Assembly (NCBI GenBank): GCA_963674735.2
Contig: CAXXQS010000001.1
Coordinates: forward strand, 928,001-992,000
Length of the DNA stretch: 64,000 nt
Direction of reading: 5' to 3'
Origin: Myxococcota bacterium
GTDB lineage: Bacteria; Myxococcota_A; SURF-8
Shown here: in pieces, positions 48,478 through 58,346 of the stretch
How positions within the stretch are numbered: the stretch's first letter is position 1
Layout of the letters: every line of letters begins with the position of its first letter
Position numbers and translations under genes: made by a program
The notes under the pieces: model-generated
What the model saw: only the letters and a program-made list of their open reading frames with translations
Told to the model about the DNA's origin: nothing
Databases searched by the model: none

Positions 48478-50250
48478 ATGTTTGCGCAGAGATTCGGATG
48501 GCTGATCGTACTGTTTTTGAGCGGATGGCTCGTTGTCGGGTGTGGAGGCGATGAGGATACGTCTACTAATCCCGACGGTGATCAGGATGTAGATTTGGAA
48601 GATGCCTTGGATGGCGATGATCCCGATGGTGATGAGCCCGATGGTGATTTGGACGGTGATACGGATGCGGTCGAAGGACCGATGCCCGATGAAAGCTTGA
48701 CACCACCTCCGCTGCCATCCGATGAATTGGGCTTTGTTCTGCCCGAACGGGAAGCTTTGGGTGAGAATCCGACACAACAGGAGATTACCGATTTCACTAA
48801 AAAAGTGACGGCTTTCTTTAAAGATACCAACTATTTCGATTGGGTTTGGCGCACCAGTCACGGTTTGGATAAAAGCTACGATGCGGACATGATGGACTAC
48901 AAAATGTGGTGGCAGGATTGCGGCATGCGAAAAGAAGGCGACACGATCGTGTTCACGCATACCGGACGTGCCGAGAATATTCTCAAGCGTACTGTCAAGG
49001 TGATGATCAGCGCGGCTTCGGGCTATCAGCTCACCGGCGATGAACGTATGGCGGAAGTGGCCACGCAATTGATGAAGGGTATCGTGGCGTTGTCGTTGGG
49101 AATGGAGTTCGAGAGTGAAGATCCCATCGTGAAGTATTTGCAGGCACGAGCCATTTTCAATCACAATCACAGCTACACCGTGGATGATCGTTCGGTGTCC
49201 GTCGATTACACCCCCATGTATTGGGACGAAACCCACGAACGCTGGTACAAATGGAACGTGCACGTGTTTGAAATTCCGGATAACCCGACCTATGGCCAGA
49301 TCTGGATTTCGAATATGCGTTCCAAAGACGACGTTCCCTACGTTTTCATGAGCCTGCCGACCGTCACCCGTGTTTTTCATGAAACCGATAATGCAGAACT
49401 ACGTGCCGCCGCTGAGTTGTATCTCGAATACATGCGAGGATTTTCGCAGAGCATCGTCGATAGCGACTGGTATATCCTGACCAAATACAATGACGGAAGG
49501 ACGGATATCGCGCTCGATTACACCATCGGGGATACGCTCGAAGAGCATACACCCGCCGATCTGGGAAGCTTCGTCCATTGGGAAATCGTTTACGGTCCGG
49601 AGGCCGAGTGCAATGCCCAATTGGGGGCGGCGATGACCGGTTATGGGTTCCCGGCGGGAAAAGGCGATTGCGGGGGCGGCTCTTTGGGCACACCTGGCTG
49701 GTCCTTAGAGAAAAGCGCTTTTGCCGGAAATTGGTTTAACTACAATATTTACAACTACTTCCACATCGGTGCGTTGGCGTCATCGCATACCTGGGGCTAT
49801 ACGGACATCACATCGTCGCTGATGGACGGTCTGGTGGCTCGTTTCGAGGAAATTCGCACCAATCCGAACATGCCCAACAACGATCACCACGAGTTTGCTT
49901 CGGATAAAGCGGGATGGTTGATTTCGGCGGCGACGCACGGTTATCCGCTCACGGCGCAAGAAGCGCGGCATATCATGCAGTGGTATGGGGAAAGTTCCGA
50001 TTGGTATCGGCCATGGCCGCACTGGGATCCCTGGGCCAGCATGGCCGATGGAGAAGAATTTTCAGATTACAAAGCCCCACGTGACGAGTGGGTGGATGAT
50101 GGTCAGGGCGGCACCATGGAAAAAACCTACGTGCGTCTGGTCGAGATGCCGTACATCTTCGAGTATTGCAATTCGCCTTTACGCGACACCGGGGTTCAAT
50201 TCATCGATTGCGATATCGTGGCCGATCCAACCCAGTGGGGCGAAGAGTAA
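48478..50250 (+). CDS. Hypothetical lipoprotein
   Basis: AGGAGG RBS, VVGC lipobox, DGD linker, and an aromatic-rich ~500-aa domain with no motif I recognise. Confidence 0.75.
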   Translation: MFAQRFGWLIVLFLSGWLVVGCGGDEDTSTNPDGDQDVDLEDALDGDDPDGDEPDGDLDGDTDAVEGPMPDESLTPPPLPSDELGFVLPEREALGENPTQQEITDFTKKVTAFFKDTNYFDWVWRTSHGLDKSYDADMMDYKMWWQDCGMRKEGDTIVFTHTGRAENILKRTVKVMISAASGYQLTGDERMAEVATQLMKGIVALSLGMEFESEDPIVKYLQARAIFNHNHSYTVDDRSVSVDYTPMYWDETHERWYKWNVHVFEIPDNPTYGQIWISNMRSKDDVPYVFMSLPTVTRVFHETDNAELRAAAELYLEYMRGFSQSIVDSDWYILTKYNDGRTDIALDYTIGDTLEEHTPADLGSFVHWEIVYGPEAECNAQLGAAMTGYGFPAGKGDCGGGSLGTPGWSLEKSAFAGNWFNYNIYNYFHIGALASSHTWGYTDITSSLMDGLVARFEEIRTNPNMPNNDHHEFASDKAGWLISAATHGYPLTAQEARHIMQWYGESSDWYRPWPHWDPWASMADGEEFSDYKAPRDEWVDDGQGGTMEKTYVRLVEMPYIFEYCNSPLRDTGVQFIDCDIVADPTQWGEE

Positions 50251-50276
50251 CGTTCTCGTCCAAATTGGTTCGTTAC

Positions 50277-50301
50277 AACGCCGCCCCAAAAGGGCGGCGT
50301 T
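50277..50301 (+). terminator. Rho-independent terminator
   Basis: AACGCCGCCC-CAAAA-GGGCGGCGTT perfect stem. Confidence 0.7.
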
Positions 50302-50512
50302 GTTGCGTTCTGCGTTTCGGGGGAGTTCTTTGTGACCTTGCATCCTTGCACGCCATCCGGTATAAAGGCGTCATCATCCAAGAGAGAGACATCAGCGTTA
50401 TGGCGTGACGCTTTATCGCCATTTTAGAGATATTTTCCGACGTTTTGTCCAGCGGATCGGACCTAAAAGGCGGAATCGGCCTTTTCGCACGAGCGAAGAA
50501 GGGAACCAATCA

Positions 50513-51745
50513 ATGAGCAAAATCGATAAAATCGAGTTATTTCATGTCTGTGTTCCACTTGACAAGCCGTTTTATCCGTCCTGGATTCCCGGCTACCCTC
50601 AGACGCAGGTGCACTATACTTTGGTGCGGCTGACCACCGATGACGGTCTCGTGGGACAGGCGGCCGGTAACGCGTTTACCAAAGAGCGTCAAGGTTTGGG
50701 GGATTTGTTAGGTGGTTTCCTGATGGGGATACAGGCCGACGACCTCGCCGTCGTCCGTGCGCGTTTACGTGAAGCCTCTTACCTGGGGTGGCGCAATGGA
50801 TGGCTTGAGAATGCCTTTTGGGATCTCAAAGGCAAGATTGCGGGCAAACCGGTCTACAAACTGCTTCAGGAGAAGGAAGAAACCGTCGAGAAAGCGACCG
50901 TTTATGCCTCAACCGGCAGCTTGAAAAGCATGGAAGAACGCAAACCCTATCTCGACGACATCCGGGCGAAGGGGGTGAGGGCGGTCAAGATCCGCGTGCA
51001 CGACCCCGAACAGAAGCAGGATATCTCTATCCTGGAGGCGGTGCGCAAGGAATTGGGGGATGATTTCGTGATTGCAGTGGATGCCAACCAGGGGTGGCCG
51101 GTCTCGCTGATCGAGCCGACCACCATCTGGGATTTGGAATATGCCACGAAGTTCGGCAAGGCTTGCGACGAATTGGGGATCGGCTGGATCGAAGAGCCGC
51201 TGGATATGCATGATTGGGACGGCATGGCTGAGTTGCGGAAGCGGGTCCAGACGCCCATTGCGGGCGCGGAGCTACTGGGTGACTGGCATGAGGTGCGGGC
51301 GTTGTTCGAGCGGGACTGTCTGGATATGTACCAACCCGACAGCACCTTCTGCGGCGGTTTGACCGTGGCCAAAAAGGTTATGGATGAATGTCGCAAGCGT
51401 GGATTGCAGTATTCGCCCCATACCTGGACAAACGGAATCGGTTTCATGATCAACTTGCATGCTTATGCTGCCTGGGAAAATCGTAAATATTTGGAATTTC
51501 CTTATGAACCGCCGGGTTGGGTGCCGGAAACGCGCGAAGGTATCATTCCTCCCGTTACGATCAATGGCGATGGAAGCGTCGATGTGTCTCAGGAACCCGG
51601 ATTGGGGCTCCATATCGACGATAAATTGTTGGCGCGTTACGGCAAGTGCTTCTTCAGATTGACTCCTTTCCGGCTGGCGTTGAAAACGATTCGCGAAAAA
51701 GGATTTAAAACCGCTATGGAGATCAAGAAAAAAAAACAAGGATAA
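50513..51745 (+). CDS. Mandelate racemase/muconate lactonizing enzyme (enolase superfamily) protein
   Basis: WDLKGK, VYAS, KIR, VDANQG, WIEEP, AGAE, QPD and PHTW motifs. Confidence 0.85.
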   Translation: MSKIDKIELFHVCVPLDKPFYPSWIPGYPQTQVHYTLVRLTTDDGLVGQAAGNAFTKERQGLGDLLGGFLMGIQADDLAVVRARLREASYLGWRNGWLENAFWDLKGKIAGKPVYKLLQEKEETVEKATVYASTGSLKSMEERKPYLDDIRAKGVRAVKIRVHDPEQKQDISILEAVRKELGDDFVIAVDANQGWPVSLIEPTTIWDLEYATKFGKACDELGIGWIEEPLDMHDWDGMAELRKRVQTPIAGAELLGDWHEVRALFERDCLDMYQPDSTFCGGLTVAKKVMDECRKRGLQYSPHTWTNGIGFMINLHAYAAWENRKYLEFPYEPPGWVPETREGIIPPVTINGDGSVDVSQEPGLGLHIDDKLLARYGKCFFRLTPFRLALKTIREKGFKTAMEIKKKKQG

Positions 51746-51770
51746 TTGTGCGCATCAAACGCATTCAACG

Positions 51771-51802
51771 AAAAACGCCCCTCCGACAATGGAAGGGCGT
51801 TT
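51771..51802. terminator. Bidirectional terminator between convergent genes
   Basis: AAACGCCC...GGGCGTTT inverted repeat. Confidence 0.7.
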
Positions 51803-51827
51803 GTGTTTTAGGGCAGGTGTTTAAATT

Positions 51828-53918
51828 CTAGTTGGGTCGTGCATTGATTTTAGTGAGCCGTTGACTGTCGGGCGTGTAGCACAGTGTGCCGCAGCGCAGG
51901 CAACGGGCTGCTTCATGTTTGAGATCCTCTTCCGTGATGGTCTGGTCTACTTCTTCATAGGAGAGGATGCGTTCGGCTGGGTCGAGTTCGTCGAAGCTGA
52001 CGCGCGGAATCGGTTGAACGCCATTGAGTCCTGCTAAAATGGAAACGGTTAACGGCTTTTTCTGTACGTTTTCGGGGACGGACGGCTTTTCACCCATCAG
52101 GTACTGATGGATGGCACGAGCCGCCTTGCGTCCGCCTCCAATTGCCGAAACCGCCAGGTCGGGACCAGTGAAACCATCGCCTGCTACGAAAATGCTGGGC
52201 AGGCCGGTCTGCAGGGTGTCCTCGTCGGCGGCCAGCGTTCCCCAGCGCGTGATTTCGAGTCCGCGTTCTTTGAGATCCTCTTCGACGAAGGAAGGATCGA
52301 CTTTTTGACCGATCGCCGCGATGACCGCATCGAGTTCGAGAACTTTCTCAGATCCTTCTTTGGGTACCGGACGACGACGTCCCGAGGCGTCGGGCTCACC
52401 GAGTTCCATTTCGATGACTTCAAGCCCTTTCAGACGGTTGTTTTCGTCCCCAATGCAGCGGGTGGGGGCGGTAAGAAACATGAACTGGATGCCCTCGTGC
52501 TTGGCCGCTTCGATTTCCACCGGGTTGGCGGGCATTTCTTTCAAGGTGCGGCGATAAATAAGGAAAACTTCCTTCGCGCCCTCGCGCAAGGCGGAGCGGG
52601 CGGCGTCGATGGCCGTGTTGCCTCCACCGATGATCGCAACTCGTTCACCCAGTTCGACTTTTTCACCTTGTTCGCGTTTAGCCAGGAAGTGGATACCGCC
52701 CCAGACACCCTCCATGTCTTCGCCTTCGACGCGCATGGTGGAGTTGATCCAGGCTCCGACGGCGACTAAAACGGCGTCATAGTCGGCTTCCAACTTGCCC
52801 AGGGTGATGTCTTTGCCCAAAGCGACTCCGGTTTTGGCTTCGACACCCATATCGAGAATGCCCTGGATATCCCAATCGAGGATGCGTTTGGGCAGGCGAT
52901 ATTCGGGAATACCGTAACGTAACATGCCACCCAGGTGGTCTTGAGCTTCGAAAAGCGTGGGGTGGTGGCCGACGCGGCGCAGGAAGTAGGCCGCCGATAA
53001 CCCAGCCGGGCCGCCGCCGACTACGGCGATGCGTTTGCCGGTATCGGGCAGACGCGGCAGTTCGATATGCTTGTTGTCTTCTCGCTCCCAATCGGCCACG
53101 AAACGTTTGATTGTGTTGTGGAATACCGGTTCGTCTTCGATGGAGGTTCGGCGGCAGCTGGATTCACAGGGAGCCGGGCAAACGCGTCCACACACGGAAG
53201 GGAGGGGGTTGCGGTCTTTGATAATGCCAAGGGCCCGCTCGTAATCGCCTTCTCCAGCCGCTTTGACATAGGATGGAATGTCGATCTGAGCCGGGCAGAG
53301 CTGGCGACAAGGGGCCAGGCATTCGTCCGTGGTGTTCAGATGGAAAAGCCCGGTAGAGAGCGTTTGCAGTTGAATGACTCCATGGGGGCAGACACGTACG
53401 CAGGCACCGCAGCCACGGCAGGCATCTGCATTGAAATGCGGCCGACCGTCGTCGCCCATGCGGATAGCGTCGAAGGCACAGGCTTCCACGCAGGAACCGT
53501 ACCCCAGACAGCCCAGAGTGCAATTGGAATCGCCATCGTACAGATCGGCCACAGCTTGGCAATCCAGCGCTCCATCGTAGCGGAAAAGTCGTCCGGCGCG
53601 CTCGTTGCTGTTGCAATAGCGGCGTGCGAGGCTGGGTTCTTTGATTTCCACCTTCACGCCCATCACCGCGCCGACTTTCACGGCGGTGTCCGCACCGCCT
53701 GCGACACAGCCGTCGACCGGGGCATCGCCGCGTACAATGGCTTCGGCCATGGCTGCGCAACCGGGATAGCCGCAACCGCCGCAGTTCGCACCGGGCAGGG
53801 CATCGGCTACCGCGTCTATGCGCGGGTCTTGTTCGACGTAAAAGACCTTAGAGGCGAAGGCCAGCCCGGTAGCTGCCAGCAGTCCCAGGCTCAGCATCAG
53901 TAACGAAGCTTCGATCAT
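51828..53918 (-). CDS. rnfB: RnfB fused to a GltD/NfnB-like FAD/NAD(P) oxidoreductase
   Basis: LPGANCGGCGYPGC and two ferredoxin motifs, followed by APC...CP, GRVCPAPCE, GGGPAGL, GGGNTAID and RCLRC. Confidence 0.88.
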   Translation of the reverse strand: MIEASLLMLSLGLLAATGLAFASKVFYVEQDPRIDAVADALPGANCGGCGYPGCAAMAEAIVRGDAPVDGCVAGGADTAVKVGAVMGVKVEIKEPSLARRYCNSNERAGRLFRYDGALDCQAVADLYDGDSNCTLGCLGYGSCVEACAFDAIRMGDDGRPHFNADACRGCGACVRVCPHGVIQLQTLSTGLFHLNTTDECLAPCRQLCPAQIDIPSYVKAAGEGDYERALGIIKDRNPLPSVCGRVCPAPCESSCRRTSIEDEPVFHNTIKRFVADWEREDNKHIELPRLPDTGKRIAVVGGGPAGLSAAYFLRRVGHHPTLFEAQDHLGGMLRYGIPEYRLPKRILDWDIQGILDMGVEAKTGVALGKDITLGKLEADYDAVLVAVGAWINSTMRVEGEDMEGVWGGIHFLAKREQGEKVELGERVAIIGGGNTAIDAARSALREGAKEVFLIYRRTLKEMPANPVEIEAAKHEGIQFMFLTAPTRCIGDENNRLKGLEVIEMELGEPDASGRRRPVPKEGSEKVLELDAVIAAIGQKVDPSFVEEDLKERGLEITRWGTLAADEDTLQTGLPSIFVAGDGFTGPDLAVSAIGGGRKAARAIHQYLMGEKPSVPENVQKKPLTVSILAGLNGVQPIPRVSFDELDPAERILSYEEVDQTITEEDLKHEAARCLRCGTLCYTPDSQRLTKINARPN

Positions 53919-53978
53919 GATGTCCTCTCAGCCGTTTTCGTTATGCATGCCCAGGGAAATCGTCGGGCACGCGTATCT

Positions 53979-54551
53979 TCAGATCATTCCCTTGAAAGCG
54001 AAAAAGGTCAATGACATGAGTCCGGCCGTGACCAGACCCAAGGCTGTTCCCCGCAAGGGTCGTGGCACCGGAGCGAACTCGAATCGCTCGCGAATTCCCG
54101 CAAAGAGAATAAGAGCCAAACCGAAACCCGCAGCCGCAGCAAAGGAGTAAACCAGGCATTCCAAGAAGTTGTGCTCATTCTTGATGTTGATTAGAGCGGC
54201 ACCGAGTACCGCGCAGTTGGTAGTGATCAGCGGTAAAAAGATACCCAGGGCCTGGTAAAGGGTGGGCATCGATTTCCGCAGGAACATTTCCACAAACTGT
54301 ACCAATGCGGCGATGACCAGAATGAAGGCCAGCGTACGCAGATATTGCAGATCGAAGGGAATGAGCAGGAAATATTCAACCATCCAAGCGATGACCGCCG
54401 CCAAAACCAGAATGAACTGAACGGCCAAGGCCATGCCAATGGCGGTTTCCATCTTTTTGGAAACACCCATGAAGGGGCAGTTTCCCAAAAACTGCGCCAG
54501 AAGAATGTTGTTGACGAAAATCGCACTGATGACCAACAGGAAATAATCCAT
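53979..54551 (-). CDS. rnfA: Rnf subunit A
   Basis: [14 protein letters not shown] and [12 protein letters not shown]. Confidence 0.93.
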   Translation of the reverse strand: MDYFLLVISAIFVNNILLAQFLGNCPFMGVSKKMETAIGMALAVQFILVLAAVIAWMVEYFLLIPFDLQYLRTLAFILVIAALVQFVEMFLRKSMPTLYQALGIFLPLITTNCAVLGAALINIKNEHNFLECLVYSFAAAAGFGLALILFAGIRERFEFAPVPRPLRGTALGLVTAGLMSLTFFAFKGMI

Positions 54552-54569
54552 GATCGTCCTCCCTCAGCG

Positions 54570-55175
54570 TCAGCCGGCTTTGGCCACGCGGGGCCGTCCC
54601 AAAACATTCATGATCCCCAGCATCAGTCCCAGGCACACGAAAGCGCCGGGAGCCTGCTGCATGAAGGCGAAGGGCTCGAATTGCGGTCCGAAAAGAGAAT
54701 GCCCGAAAAACTCGCCCTTTCCGAATACTTCACGCAGTGAAGCCAGGGCGACCAGCGAAAGCGTGAAGCCGAGTCCGATGCCCAAGCCGTCTGCCGCCGA
54801 CAGCAAAACGCCGTTTTTACTGGCAAAAGCTTCCGCGCGCCCCAGAATGATGCAGTTGACGACAATCAGGGGGATGAAGATACCCAGACTTTCGGAAATC
54901 GAAAAGAAATAGGCTTTCATCAGGATTTCTACCGCCACCACGAAGCTTGCAATGATGACGATGTAAGCCGCGATACGCACTTCTTTGGGGATGATGTTGC
55001 GGACCGCTGAAATAATCATGTTGGAACAGGCCAACACGAAGATGACCGATACTCCCATGCCGATGGCATTCTCAACGGTGGTTGTGACCGCCAGGGTCGG
55101 GCAGAGGCCCAGGACCAGTCGAAACGGCGGGATTTCTTTCCACAAACCTTTCGTGAATTCCTTTTTGAAGCTCAC
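54570..55175 (-). CDS. rnfE: Rnf subunit E
   Basis: LGLCPTLAVT and PLIVVNCIILGRAE. Confidence 0.93.
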   Translation of the reverse strand: MSFKKEFTKGLWKEIPPFRLVLGLCPTLAVTTTVENAIGMGVSVIFVLACSNMIISAVRNIIPKEVRIAAYIVIIASFVVAVEILMKAYFFSISESLGIFIPLIVVNCIILGRAEAFASKNGVLLSAADGLGIGLGFTLSLVALASLREVFGKGEFFGHSLFGPQFEPFAFMQQAPGAFVCLGLMLGIMNVLGRPRVAKAG

Positions 55176-55209
55176 GTTATTCTCTCCCACTTGCCGGGGT
55201 TTCGAATCT

Positions 55210-55782
55210 CTATGGAACCAGTTTGTCTTTGTGTTCTTTGAATATTGTCAGGCCGTCCTGCAAGGCCGAACAAACGGCCCGCGAGGTGACGGTTGCGCCG
55301 GTTACGGCATCTACTGTGCCCCCATCCGATTTGACCTTGAAAACGGCTTTTGCCAGATCCATGTTTTTAAACTGTTTGGTGAAGCTGTCTTCTTTGGCGC
55401 GGGTGCCGACGCCGGGGGTTTCGCTCATGGTCGTAATTCCGACACCGGCCAGTTTGTCGGCGGTCAGATCGAAGCCGATCATCACCCCCACATCACCGCC
55501 GAAACCTTTGCCCGATGTTTCAAGGGCGATGGCATAGGGCTTATCACCCTTTTTCGCCGTGAAAACGAGAACGTCACGGTCGCCGATTGTTACGCTACGC
55601 CGGTCCTTGAGTAGATCGTTTTCGGCTTCGCCGAGGATCGCGCGTACGGCGGGCATTTGTTTGTTTTCCAAAACCTGCAGCTCGATGCGCTCTTTGGTCA
55701 TGGCGTTGAGCCAGGAGAGCGACAGGCCGCTGATCAAGCAGACAATCGACAAGGACAGCACGATATGCACACTCTTAGGCAT
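55210..55782 (-). CDS. rnfG: Rnf subunit G
   Basis: N-terminal TM helix, ETPGVG, and the FMN-attachment motif VDAVTGATVTS. Confidence 0.92.
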   Translation of the reverse strand: MPKSVHIVLSLSIVCLISGLSLSWLNAMTKERIELQVLENKQMPAVRAILGEAENDLLKDRRSVTIGDRDVLVFTAKKGDKPYAIALETSGKGFGGDVGVMIGFDLTADKLAGVGITTMSETPGVGTRAKEDSFTKQFKNMDLAKAVFKVKSDGGTVDAVTGATVTSRAVCSALQDGLTIFKEHKDKLVP

Positions 55783-56623
55783 GGACTTTCTCCATCGGCT
55801 GCGTTTTGGGTCGGATCAGATCGAGCAGCGGTGAGACCATGTTGCCAAGCAGGATCGCGAAGGGAACCACTTCCATCCAGATCCCGTAAACGCGAATCAG
55901 CATCAGCAACACACCCACCAACACGCCGTAAAGCACTTTGGCCACACAGTTGGCCGGGGAACTGGTTTCGTCGGTGATGAGGAAAAAGGCTGCCAGCCAA
56001 GCGCTGCCGTGGCTCAGTTCCCGCCACATATCCGGAACGGAGGCGGGATAAAGAGCGTGAAACAAAGCCGAGCTTGCAATGAGTCCCGCTAGAAAGGCTA
56101 ATGGTGTTAGGCGGTTGACGAAGCCTAGAACCCAGATCACAATGCCGCCCGCCATAATCGCCCACACGCAAGCCGTACCGAGCTGAACGCCGCCGACCGG
56201 GGCGATGTGGTGCGGCCAGGAAAGCAGGAGGATCAAATAGCCGATCAACGCCGGGTGGAAGGGGTAGCAGCCCAGTCCGCCGAAGATTTGCTTGGCCACC
56301 AAAGATGCCAGCGCCGCACCGATTACCACCACCCACCAGGGCACGGTTGGAGGAAGCAGCAGAGCGAGAATCAGGCCGGTCAGAATTCCGTGACCATCCA
56401 AAGCGTAGAGTGGCTGACGCATGAAATATTGTGCCAGCGCTTCCGACGCGACGGCCGTTGAAACGGCCAGCAGCAAGATGATCAATGCTTTCAAACCGTG
56501 CAGATAGACGGCTGCCGCGGCTCCGGGAAGGAGTGCTACCGCCATCGCGTAATGGTTGCGAACCGTATTGGCGCCGCTTTTCAGGTGCGGCGCCGGTCCA
56601 ACCGTCAGAATCCGATCCGCCAT
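55775..56623 (-). CDS. rnfD: Rnf subunit D (short form)
   Basis: APHL, KQIFGGLG..PFHPAL and AFFLITD..SSP; start MADRIL follows a GGAG RBS. Confidence 0.88.
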   Translation of the reverse strand: MADRILTVGPAPHLKSGANTVRNHYAMAVALLPGAAAAVYLHGLKALIILLLAVSTAVASEALAQYFMRQPLYALDGHGILTGLILALLLPPTVPWWVVVIGAALASLVAKQIFGGLGCYPFHPALIGYLILLLSWPHHIAPVGGVQLGTACVWAIMAGGIVIWVLGFVNRLTPLAFLAGLIASSALFHALYPASVPDMWRELSHGSAWLAAFFLITDETSSPANCVAKVLYGVLVGVLLMLIRVYGIWMEVVPFAILLGNMVSPLLDLIRPKTQPMEKVHA

Positions 56624-56633
56624 GAATCTCTCC

Positions 56634-57872
56634 TTATCGGGCCAGGTTCTGCTTGGCCAGGGTGAACCACTGGCGCAGAGGCCGTAAACTCGGACACACC
56701 ACGCTGCACAGGCCACAGTCGATGCAGGACTCCAGGTTCGGGGCTTCGGCGTAACGCAAGTATTCGCAATAGCGTCCCATCGCATTGGGTTGCAGATGGG
56801 CCGGACAAACCTTGATACAAGCCCCGCAGTTGACGCAGGGTCGGGTTTGATACTCGTCGGCCGCGGTTGCCGCGATGATCGTCAGTCCTTCGACGCCTGG
56901 GACAATCGGGGTGTCGAGCGAGAAAATCGCTTGCCCGGTGAGCGCGCCGCCGAAAAGGATGCGGTCGAAGGTATTTACCGTGACACGGTTCCGTTGCAGG
57001 ATGTCGCGGACCGTCATCCCGACCGGTGCCCGTAAATTCTTCGTCGCGCCACCTGCGTCTACCAAGGTTAGGTGCAGATGGGTCGGGAGAATACCACGCA
57101 ACAGTACATCGGTGGCGGCCAACGCGAAGCTGACCGGGACGGCGCGCACGCTACCCGACGGTACCCCTTTCGCCACGAGCCCGGACGCAATGACGCGGTC
57201 GAAGCTTTGCGGGTATTGCGGAGAGATTGGCAGAATCTCCAACCCGTCGTGGAAGGACTCGCTGAAAAACCCGGATCCGGATTCAGGAACCGCCAGCACA
57301 ACCCGTGTCGTGTTGAACAGGCGTTTCATCAAAATGGCTGCGTCGGCCAAGGCATCCACACGATCACGTGCCAATTGTTGCCGGGCCTTCAAATGCAGAT
57401 CTTGGTCCGCCGCATTGATTACCAGCACCTGGACGTCGTCTTCCGTCTTCGGCTGGAGCCGTTCGAGCGGCATACCTAACACGAAAGAGGGGAAACCCCA
57501 GTTTTTAAGTTGCTGCCATAGTTGATCCGAAGTGGCTTTGAAGGCGTCGGGAACGGGAGAAACGCCAGGAACATTCGGTTGGAGGTTGGGTTTGACGCGT
57601 ACGGCCGGGGCCGCTCGAAAGTGAACGGGGAAGGGGGCGGTCGTCACTTCCTCGACTTTGCCTGCAAAAGGAGCGAGCCGTTGCGCGTTTTCATTTTCAG
57701 ACAATAGCGTGCCGGGTTCGAGGATATCCCCGTTTTTCAAGGGGGTTGTGCACGGAACATCCTCGTCCGTGACAAGGGGCCAGACCACCTCACTTGCTTC
57801 TAACCCGGTAAAAGGCTGAAGCTCGGAGACAATCAAAAAACGCGCCGCCTTCAATCCGTTAGACCATCCCAT
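56634..57872 (-). CDS. rnfC: Divergent Rnf subunit C
   Basis: First gene of the operon. AP..GKV, YPQ, the SLBB-like GG..TG segment and CVNCGAC..VCP / CIDCGLC..VCPS are present. Confidence 0.75.
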   Translation of the reverse strand: MGWSNGLKAARFLIVSELQPFTGLEASEVVWPLVTDEDVPCTTPLKNGDILEPGTLLSENENAQRLAPFAGKVEEVTTAPFPVHFRAAPAVRVKPNLQPNVPGVSPVPDAFKATSDQLWQQLKNWGFPSFVLGMPLERLQPKTEDDVQVLVINAADQDLHLKARQQLARDRVDALADAAILMKRLFNTTRVVLAVPESGSGFFSESFHDGLEILPISPQYPQSFDRVIASGLVAKGVPSGSVRAVPVSFALAATDVLLRGILPTHLHLTLVDAGGATKNLRAPVGMTVRDILQRNRVTVNTFDRILFGGALTGQAIFSLDTPIVPGVEGLTIIAATAADEYQTRPCVNCGACIKVCPAHLQPNAMGRYCEYLRYAEAPNLESCIDCGLCSVVCPSLRPLRQWFTLAKQNLAR

Positions 57873-58346
57873 GAATGCATTCCTTCGGTCTAGGTTGCCG
57901 GTTTTTGATCTCATCGATCCCCCGATTCAAGCGGGGAATCTCTTCCTTGCAGTCGCAGGGAAGTCATCTTTACAAACGTTTCGTGGCACGAAAGCAAAAT
58001 CGGTTTCGACGCGCCGGAGCGTGGATTCACCTTGGAAAGGCGCTCGACCGGCGGTCGGTACTCAGCATCCAGATCCTTTTAGGACATACGCCAGAACCCG
58101 GCTTCAGTCAACAAAAACCCGCGGAAATTATAGATATTATGTCTGTTATAAAAAATTTTAATTAAAAGATGTACGGACTTTTTCTTGAGCTTCCACCATA
58201 AAAGTGACATCATGCGGCTGTCACGTTGTATTTCACTTCCGGTTTCAGCCGGAAGCCGAGCTTACTTGGTTTGCGATTACATTCAAATTCGCGCTTGCGT
58301 CGTTACTCTATTTATTGCGCGTAACAACCATCACGAGGTCAGGCAC

